From IMG/VR virus record IMGVR_UViG_3300027754_000034, positions 193,206 to 257,205 of that record: DNA of 64,000 bases. One strand, given 5' to 3'. The notes beneath the pieces are model-generated. The model was not told the origin of the DNA and searched no databases. It was given only the letters and a program-made list of their open reading frames with translations. The position numbers and the translations under genes were made by a program. Shown one piece after another: positions 58,036 to 64,000 of the stretch. Position 1 is the stretch's first letter. Every line of letters begins with the position of its first letter.

Positions 58036-59940
58036 ATGTATAATTGTGAGTATTGTGGGAAAGAATTTCCACGACCAGTCACATCTGGTCATAAGAGGAA
58101 GTGTCCGGAGTTCCTCGCAGCTAAGCCCTTAGATGAGAGAAAACCACCTGCATGTCTTTGTGGTCATCAAGAAAATTCCTTCACTAGTATGAAGAGACAC
58201 AGAGGTATATGTGAATTATGGAAAAATAGAGATAAAAAACAAGTAACTAATGAAAGAATAATAAATACTTTCGAAAAAAGGTATGGGTCAGGTGTAACTA
58301 ATGCTATTCATATTCCAGATGCTAGGAGAAAAAAGGAAGAAACCAATCTAAAGAAGTACGGGGCTATAAATACCTTTTGTAAGGATTCTATATTATATGA
58401 TCAAATTCAAAGTTATTGGAATGGAAAAGATAGGTCAGCTCACTTAGATAAAAATAACTGGGCGCGACCTGAAGTTAAAGCCAAGATTAAAGAATCTAAT
58501 TTAAGAAAATATGGTGTAACCAATCCGTCTTTACATCCAGAAATTCGTGCTAAACAGCTGGCCACTTCTAAGGAGCGTTATGGTGATGAACAGACTTTAA
58601 GAGTTCCTGAAATTAGAGCCAAGGGAATAAATACTATGATTGAAAAATATGGAGTTCCCAATGCAATGAAACTTGAAGAAATCCAAAATAAAGTCAAGGG
58701 AACTAATTTAGAAAATTACGGTGTTGAATGGACTACTCAAGATATGAATACACGTTTAAAACAATATGAAAGCCAGATTAATCATTACGGTAGTTATTAC
58801 TTTCAGACTACTGAGGCTAAGAAAATTATAAAAGACAAATTTCCTGAATCATTAGACAAATTTCATGCTACCAACATAGAACGCTATGGGGTCCCCCATC
58901 CTATGCAGAACCCCGAGTATGCTAGAAATCAATTACAACATTCTAGACGTTCAGGACCGAATAATCTAGAGAAAAAATTCCAGAGCATCTTCCCTCAATT
59001 TTTATTTACAGGAGATGGTTCATACTGGAGATATTTACCAGCATTAAGTAAGAATAAAAACCCTGATTTTCTTCTGATAGGTCCCGAACCTGAAAATCCG
59101 TTCCATGGTGCAAACTCAATAGTAGAAATATTTGGTGATTATTGGCATTCTGAACGTTTTACAGGATTAAATAATGAAGACCATGAATCTTTGACTATTG
59201 CAGCATGGAATGAAATAGGTATGAATTGTTTAGTTATCTGGGAAAATGAATTTAAGACAAATAATTGGAAATCTAAAGTAAAATATTATCTTAATAGGAT
59301 CAAGATAAGCAATTCAGTACCTGTTGGTGTCAAGCGTAATCCGTCACTTATCAATCAGGATTTGGTAGATTTTTCCTTTTCAGATATTAAGATATCACGT
59401 CTATCTAGTTTCGATGACGCTAAAAAGTTTTTAGATGACTATCATTATTCTGGATATGGGCGTGCAGGATCTGTAAATTATGGAGTGTATTTAGGTACCG
59501 ATTTGCTTGCAGTTGTTAAATTCGCCTCGCCTGTCCGTCAGGGCATCGCCGCCACTCTCAAAATAGAGTCAAAGCAGCTTTTGGAGTTAGACCGTTTTTG
59601 CATTCACCCGTCTCGTCACAAGAAAAACTTTGCCTCATTCATCATGGCTCGTGTAATTCGCCTTATTAAGCGGGACTTTCCTATCATTCGTAAGTTAGTT
59701 AGCTTTGCCGATCCTCGTGCTGGTCATACCGGTCATATCTACAAGGCATCTAACTGGACCGATTTAGGTAAAACTGCTCCCTCTTATTATTACCTCGATC
59801 CTAATGGAAATGAAGTTAACAAAAAGACTCTTTACCAGTCCGCCAAGCGTCAAGGCCTAATAGAGCGCGAATATTTTGAGTCTTTAGGTTATAAGAAAGT
59901 GCAGACACCCGCGAAATTTAAGTATTCCTACACTTTATGA
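58036..59940 (+). CDS. Zn finger + KYG(V)-repeat array + PD-(D/E)xK nuclease + Mom-like GNAT fusion
   Basis: About 8 (K/R)YG repeats; NPDF...IVEIFGDYWH...VIWENE; YHYSG..GVY..LELDRFCI..VSFADPRAGHTGHIYKASNW. Confidence 0.82.
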   Translation: MYNCEYCGKEFPRPVTSGHKRKCPEFLAAKPLDERKPPACLCGHQENSFTSMKRHRGICELWKNRDKKQVTNERIINTFEKRYGSGVTNAIHIPDARRKKEETNLKKYGAINTFCKDSILYDQIQSYWNGKDRSAHLDKNNWARPEVKAKIKESNLRKYGVTNPSLHPEIRAKQLATSKERYGDEQTLRVPEIRAKGINTMIEKYGVPNAMKLEEIQNKVKGTNLENYGVEWTTQDMNTRLKQYESQINHYGSYYFQTTEAKKIIKDKFPESLDKFHATNIERYGVPHPMQNPEYARNQLQHSRRSGPNNLEKKFQSIFPQFLFTGDGSYWRYLPALSKNKNPDFLLIGPEPENPFHGANSIVEIFGDYWHSERFTGLNNEDHESLTIAAWNEIGMNCLVIWENEFKTNNWKSKVKYYLNRIKISNSVPVGVKRNPSLINQDLVDFSFSDIKISRLSSFDDAKKFLDDYHYSGYGRAGSVNYGVYLGTDLLAVVKFASPVRQGIAATLKIESKQLLELDRFCIHPSRHKKNFASFIMARVIRLIKRDFPIIRKLVSFADPRAGHTGHIYKASNWTDLGKTAPSYYYLDPNGNEVNKKTLYQSAKRQGLIEREYFESLGYKKVQTPAKFKYSYTL

Positions 59941-60015
59941 CCTTAATGGCTTTTCAAGCGATATCTTAGGCAAATGTCCAATAGTATATGATGGATTTTT
60001 TTAATTCATACCTAT

Positions 60016-60444
60016 ATGAATCCGTCTGATATACCTAATGCTCTTCGTCGTATAGCTGTAGCAATCGAAAATTCGCAAAATCCATCTCGCAAATTAGTCG
60101 CTCGCGATTAAGGCTTATTAGTTTCTAAATTATCATCGAAATACTCAAAAAGGGCACCATTTAATATCCCGTATGATTTCGCATCTTTAATCAAGGATTC
60201 AGGACACTTAGATTCCATTAATAGATTCACACCTTTAGATGAATCCGAGCTAAACGAGCTTTCGGAGTTAGATGTACTCGTTAGGGCTGCCATACAATAC
60301 TGGTCCAGCCCCAGATCGAGCTTTAATGTTTATTGGTCTTATGAAGGTAAGGAATATACGAAGGATTTAATTACTAAGCTGTTGAAGGAAGTTGGTGAAA
60401 GGATAATGAATCAAGTAAAGCAAAGACATCGTATGAAGTTGTAA
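60016..60444 (+). pseudogene. Leader-bearing gene with premature TAA at 60109-60111
   Basis: MNPSDIPNALRRIAVAIENSQNPSRKLVARD*GLLV...; the frame stays open to TAA 60444. The stop aligns with Leu (TTA) of the 38836 leader. Confidence 0.75.
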
Positions 60445-60461
60445 ATCCAACCGCAGTCATA

Positions 60462-61100
60462 CTATATAAAGTCTTCGCGGCTCAACCCTCTATAACCATA
60501 AGGGTCTTCCGCTTCCTCGGCATTATCGGCATAATCGGCAGCAAATGCCTTTGCTTCGTTAGAAACTTGGGCATCCTCACGGAGTGAATCGGATAGAGAA
60601 GACCACCCATGTTCTTGGTCGCTGAGATCTTTTTCATCTAAAAATCTTTCATAAAGTTCATCACTACTGAGGACCTCAACACCATCTAATTTTAGAGTGC
60701 AACCAGTGGTACAATCTGGTTCATCAGAAATATCAACACTAATATATGACCAAGAGGTCCTACCATCTGAATCTTTCTTCATAGAAAGACTGTACTCGAC
60801 TGGAACCGTAAATTCGAATGGTTTTCCATCGAAACGACCCTTAAATGTGAAATTTGCCGTAAGATCCTTCTTCTTATCGTAATTCCATCTTGAATCCGTC
60901 AATTCGAAATTCGAATTTCCTTTGTGAGTCCTTCCTCCCGCCAATTTATTTGTTAAATAAGCCTCAGCTTTTCTATTTCCGTTTATGGCATCAGATAACG
61001 CCATAAGATCTTTTGCTACGGCAGATTTATTGGGAGACTTGGATGCCGCTAACGCGGCAGCCATTCTCTTCATCATATTAGATGCATTTACGGGGTTCAT
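60462..61100 (-). CDS. Hypothetical protein with related leader (MKRMAAALAASKSPNKSAVAKDL)
   Basis: 212 aa; the leader aligns with 38836 and 60016. Confidence 0.72.
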   Translation of the reverse strand: MNPVNASNMMKRMAAALAASKSPNKSAVAKDLMALSDAINGNRKAEAYLTNKLAGGRTHKGNSNFELTDSRWNYDKKKDLTANFTFKGRFDGKPFEFTVPVEYSLSMKKDSDGRTSWSYISVDISDEPDCTTGCTLKLDGVEVLSSDELYERFLDEKDLSDQEHGWSSLSDSLREDAQVSNEAKAFAADYADNAEEAEDPYGYRGLSREDFI

Positions 61101-61138
61101 ACTATGAATGGTATATTAAAAGATAAAATATATACGGG

Positions 61139-61255
61139 TCATTCAGGTTCCATATCGGCTCCGGTGAAATTGGCTCCCTGAGTTTTTGCCCCGTCCAGTA
61201 TTGCCCCGATCAATTTCGCCCCGGTCAGGTCCGCCCCGCGCAGGTGGCTTTGCAA
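61139..61255 (-). pseudogene. Remnant 3' end of a pentapeptide-repeat gene
   Basis: LQSHLRGADLTGAKLIGAILDGAKTQGANFTGADMEPE*; in-frame TAG two codons upstream of the TTG; GC-rich patch. Confidence 0.72.
61142..61219 (+). repeat. 78-bp direct repeat, copy A (copy B at 63890-63967)
   Basis: 76/78 identical by manual alignment. Confidence 0.92.
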
Positions 61256-61412
61256 AGACTAAAGGTATGAAAAGAATGTGAGTGTCTTGAAGCTTTATGA
61301 TATAAAAAAGTCCATACTCAACCCAAACTCAAGTTCGTACTCGAACTAAAAAATTAGAGATGATACCGGATGTGGTATTATCTTCCATGTAAAATCTTCA
61401 CAAGGCATATAA

Positions 61413-62432
61413 ATGAGTATTGATAGGTATGACTACAAATATTTCGCTCAGTCATTTCATAAGTGGAGGAAAGAAGTATCCCAGCACGATGGTAGTGGGA
61501 TAGAACGTGAAAAGCTACAAGCTTTAGGAACTGCCATATGGCCCCATAGTTACCAAAAATCAGATAATGATGAAGAAGCTATGGATCACCTGTCTGATTA
61601 TGTGTATTCTAATCCTCAGTTTTCAGCATTTTTAATGATACCATCGGATCGCATCGCTTTTTTAGCTTCAGCGAGGTGGGCAGATCAGGGGTTTCCTTCT
61701 ATTGTTATGGGACATAAGTACGCTGCAGCGCTTATGGCCACACATGTGCCTGCCGAGATTTCATCCATAACGCTTCCACCTTGGAAAGCTTTTTGTATCG
61801 AGATTCCGGACAATCTTTTATTTATACTAAATTCTAAATCTGAGGAAATACCTATCAAAAGAGTGTTGGTTCAGTATATCGGGAACTTCCAAGATAAATC
61901 AGGCATCTGGCAATATGTGGCTTTTACTAATACTGATGTCACTATATGGAACCACGGTGTCAAATCGGTGCAGATGGCAGAAGGTCAATTTGAAAAGTAT
62001 GAAGGGGTAGAAAATGAATGGGCGGATACGATATTTAGTTTACCGCCTAATAGTATTGACGACGCTACTAATAAGCTAATAGGTAAGTTAATCATAAACG
62101 TCTGCTTGGCCATGTCTGATCCTGATAATGTAAAGACACGACCCGAGAATGGTTCAGTAGGTAGCATATCCTCTAACAGAGGAAATTTTAAAAATGTGAG
62201 AACCTACAAATTAGGGAAACCCATTTCTATAGACGTAAGACAAGCCATAAATGACTACATGCATGGGCGTAGTCGGTCTGGGGGAACCCCCTCAGTGCAA
62301 ACGATCGTTCGTGGACATTGGAAACCCAAGTTGACTTCTAGGATCGGTCGTCCGGTTTGGATAGAACCCTACATTAGAGGCCCTGAAGACGCACCTGTTT
62401 TGATTAGGTCCGTCAGGTTAGGAAAGTCTTGA
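61413..62432 (+). CDS. Hypothetical phage protein
   Basis: 339 aa; C-terminal VRGHWK...VWIEPYIRGP motif. Confidence 0.75.
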   Translation: MSIDRYDYKYFAQSFHKWRKEVSQHDGSGIEREKLQALGTAIWPHSYQKSDNDEEAMDHLSDYVYSNPQFSAFLMIPSDRIAFLASARWADQGFPSIVMGHKYAAALMATHVPAEISSITLPPWKAFCIEIPDNLLFILNSKSEEIPIKRVLVQYIGNFQDKSGIWQYVAFTNTDVTIWNHGVKSVQMAEGQFEKYEGVENEWADTIFSLPPNSIDDATNKLIGKLIINVCLAMSDPDNVKTRPENGSVGSISSNRGNFKNVRTYKLGKPISIDVRQAINDYMHGRSRSGGTPSVQTIVRGHWKPKLTSRIGRPVWIEPYIRGPEDAPVLIRSVRLGKS

Positions 62433-62471
62433 CTGTGGATTTTAATACCATTTTTATGTAATGTGTTAAGT

Positions 62472-62939
62472 ATGAGCGATGATAAGGTATACTACACTGG
62501 CGTTGTTTTAGACGATTTGGAAATCAAAAACCTTCGTGATTCATTAGATGATGCTTTAGACTCATTTTACGAATCTATGGACACGGACGAATATGCCCAA
62601 GTAAAACAATGGGTACGTTCTAATATAAATCCTACCCACGGTCATGAACAGTTAAATCATCATATGACCATATATGCTAAACCAGCAGATGAAGAAGTTC
62701 GGGAAGATTTAGGAAAGGAGTTGAAACTGACCATAGACGGATTCGGTATTGATCCGGAGCTAAAAGTAGCAGCGTGGCGTGTGAAATCACCCATTTCTGT
62801 AGAATCTGGGGTTCCACACATTACTGCTCTTTTAGGTCCAAGTGGGAAGGTATTTAATTCTAAGAATATAAAAGTATGGGTCGATTTAGTTCCATTTGAT
62901 TTGGTGGGTAAATTACAAGAAGTCACTTCAAAGAAATGA
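62472..62939 (+). CDS. 2H phosphoesterase
   Basis: Two HxT motifs: NHHMTIY and VPHITAL. Confidence 0.75.
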   Translation: MSDDKVYYTGVVLDDLEIKNLRDSLDDALDSFYESMDTDEYAQVKQWVRSNINPTHGHEQLNHHMTIYAKPADEEVREDLGKELKLTIDGFGIDPELKVAAWRVKSPISVESGVPHITALLGPSGKVFNSKNIKVWVDLVPFDLVGKLQEVTSKK

Positions 62940-62974
62940 TAGATATGACTTTATTGACGTATTAATATTGCACC

Positions 62975-63457
62975 ATGAGTGAAAATTCTCCTGCTAACCA
63001 TGATTTATGGGATAGGATTCAGAAGCTTACTCGCGGTGATGTTGCCTATATTATACATAATAAACGCCGTGTAGATGGACCGAACGGAGGTAAAGGGTTT
63101 AAGAAGCACCCATCTGCTTACTCTAACGGTTGGGCGGTGAAGTTATATAACGAATCTGGTGGGAAATGGGTCTCCTCTAAAAATGCTAGCATTGCGTTAA
63201 GAATAGCTAATCTTAGCGATTGGTTCAAAAAAGAAGATTGGGTAGCTATTGATACACATGGCAAGATAGTAGGACCATGTGGCCAATCAGAGAATAGACC
63301 CAAAGAGACTCACAAGGGTCAAGACCCTCTGAAATGTTTGCCTCGCTCTAAAGCTCACCAGATGACTAAAGCGGAAAGGGCTTCTGCTTCACGGCGCAAA
63401 AAGCGTTACGAAAAAGAAATTCCGGATTCAAAAAAACCAGTTCATAGTCCGACGTAA
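62975..63457 (+). CDS. Basic hypothetical protein (DUF5872-like)
   Basis: PSAYSNGWAVKLY..GGKW and WFKKEDW...PCG...KCLP. Confidence 0.65.
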   Translation: MSENSPANHDLWDRIQKLTRGDVAYIIHNKRRVDGPNGGKGFKKHPSAYSNGWAVKLYNESGGKWVSSKNASIALRIANLSDWFKKEDWVAIDTHGKIVGPCGQSENRPKETHKGQDPLKCLPRSKAHQMTKAERASASRRKKRYEKEIPDSKKPVHSPT

Positions 63458-63482
63458 AAATAATTACTCCGGTGTATGTTGT

Positions 63483-63761
63483 TTGATGGAAATCATCGGC
63501 ATACTACTCGGTTTGATCGGTCCTGTTCTTCTCATTTTGGTGTTATCCGGAAGTCCTGTTAACGCCTGGATGAAAGGTCTTAAATATGTAAGTTTAGTGA
63601 TTGGTCTTTTACAGTTATTTACTGCGTTGATCATAGTAACTGCAACAAACCCTAAGTCGGTTGGTACAGATGATATTTGGATGCGTGTCATACTATTGAT
63701 TATCTGGTCTATCTTAAATGTTTTGGCTTACATCAAGACCAGGAAATCAGAATACCAGTAG
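63483..63761 (+). CDS. Small three-TM membrane protein
   Basis: Three hydrophobic helices in 92 aa. Confidence 0.65.
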   Translation: MMEIIGILLGLIGPVLLILVLSGSPVNAWMKGLKYVSLVIGLLQLFTALIIVTATNPKSVGTDDIWMRVILLIIWSILNVLAYIKTRKSEYQ

Positions 63762-63884
63762 AGTATTGCACTCCGGTTCGGTTTCCGGAACCAACCACTT
63801 AAAACCTGTTGAACCCCGTAGATAGGCGATCAAGTTCGAATTCCCAAAAGCGATCCGCATTGATATTCTTTTCACGTCCATCAT
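63747..63884 (-). CDS. 45-aa ORF with MDVKRISMRIAFG leader
   Basis: ATGA-coupled to the pentapeptide gene stop; below the ORF-track cutoff. Confidence 0.55.
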   Translation of the reverse strand: MMDVKRISMRIAFGNSNLIAYLRGSTGFKWLVPETEPECNTLLVF

Positions 63885-64000
63885 ATAATTTCAGGATCCA
63901 TATCGGCTCCGGTGAAATCGGCTCCCTGAGTTTTTGCCCCGTCCAGTATTGCCCCGATCAATTTCGCATTGGTCAAATTCGCATTGCTCAAATTCGCATT
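63881..64000 (-). CDS. Pentapeptide-repeat protein, 3' end only
   Basis: NANLSNANLTNAKLIGAILDGAKTQGADFTGADMDPEII*; runs off the window edge. Confidence 0.82.
   Translation of the reverse strand, partial: NANLSNANLTNAKLIGAILDGAKTQGADFTGADMDPEII
63890..63967 (+). repeat. 78-bp direct repeat, copy B
   Basis: Matches 61142-61219 with 2 mismatches. Confidence 0.92.

Larger units (their letters stand above)
1..64000. other. Segment of a large tailed dsDNA phage genome
   Basis: Terminase, portal, prohead protease, scaffold and major capsid genes are in canonical order. There is a lysis cassette, very dense overlapping genes and no bacterial housekeeping operons. Confidence 0.93.

Noticed and set aside
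61142-63967. Bona fide diversity-generating retroelement
   Set aside because: Only two A-position mismatches, adjacent non-A differences, no reverse transcriptase or Avd in the window, and the target is not a lectin/Ig-type fold. Kept only as a repeat finding.
1-64000. Genome-wide TAG reassignment (code 15)
   Set aside because: Long genes are intact in code 11, and TAG terminates several normal genes. Only one suggestive in-frame TAG was found.

Overview
This window is a gene-dense, AT-rich (roughly 35% GC by eye) segment of a large tailed-phage genome. No tRNA, rRNA, CRISPR array, integrase or intron was seen. It has four parts. (1) 1-13.7 kb is a host-like replication, recombination and transcription block: RecD2, SbcD, a Cas4-like nuclease, a clamp-like protein, the C-terminal half of SbcC, primase, DnaX, NusG, a 5'-3' exonuclease and a tandem sigma-4 protein. 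(2) 13.8-37.1 kb is head morphogenesis: fibre/decoration proteins, terminase, portal, prohead protease, acidic scaffold, decoration protein and an HK97-fold major capsid protein with strongly GC-shifted codons. (3) 38.8-48 kb is an accessory and lysis block: lipoproteins, thaumatin, methyltransferase, holin, lysozyme, DenV, SOD and a GT51 transglycosylase. (4) 48-64 kb mixes structural and accessory genes. The accessory genes suggest a GC-rich, possibly myxobacterial host (inference). The two most unusual signals are (i) four dispersed, modular genes fusing a variable DNA-binding repeat array, a PD-(D/E)xK (DUF559/Vsr-like) nuclease and a Mom-like GNAT DNA-modification domain, one split by an in-frame TAG, and (ii) a family of otherwise unrelated proteins sharing short basic N-terminal leaders and K/R-x-A motifs, which may be a capsid-targeting and protease-processing code. 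All family assignments come from motif recognition by eye; no searches were run.
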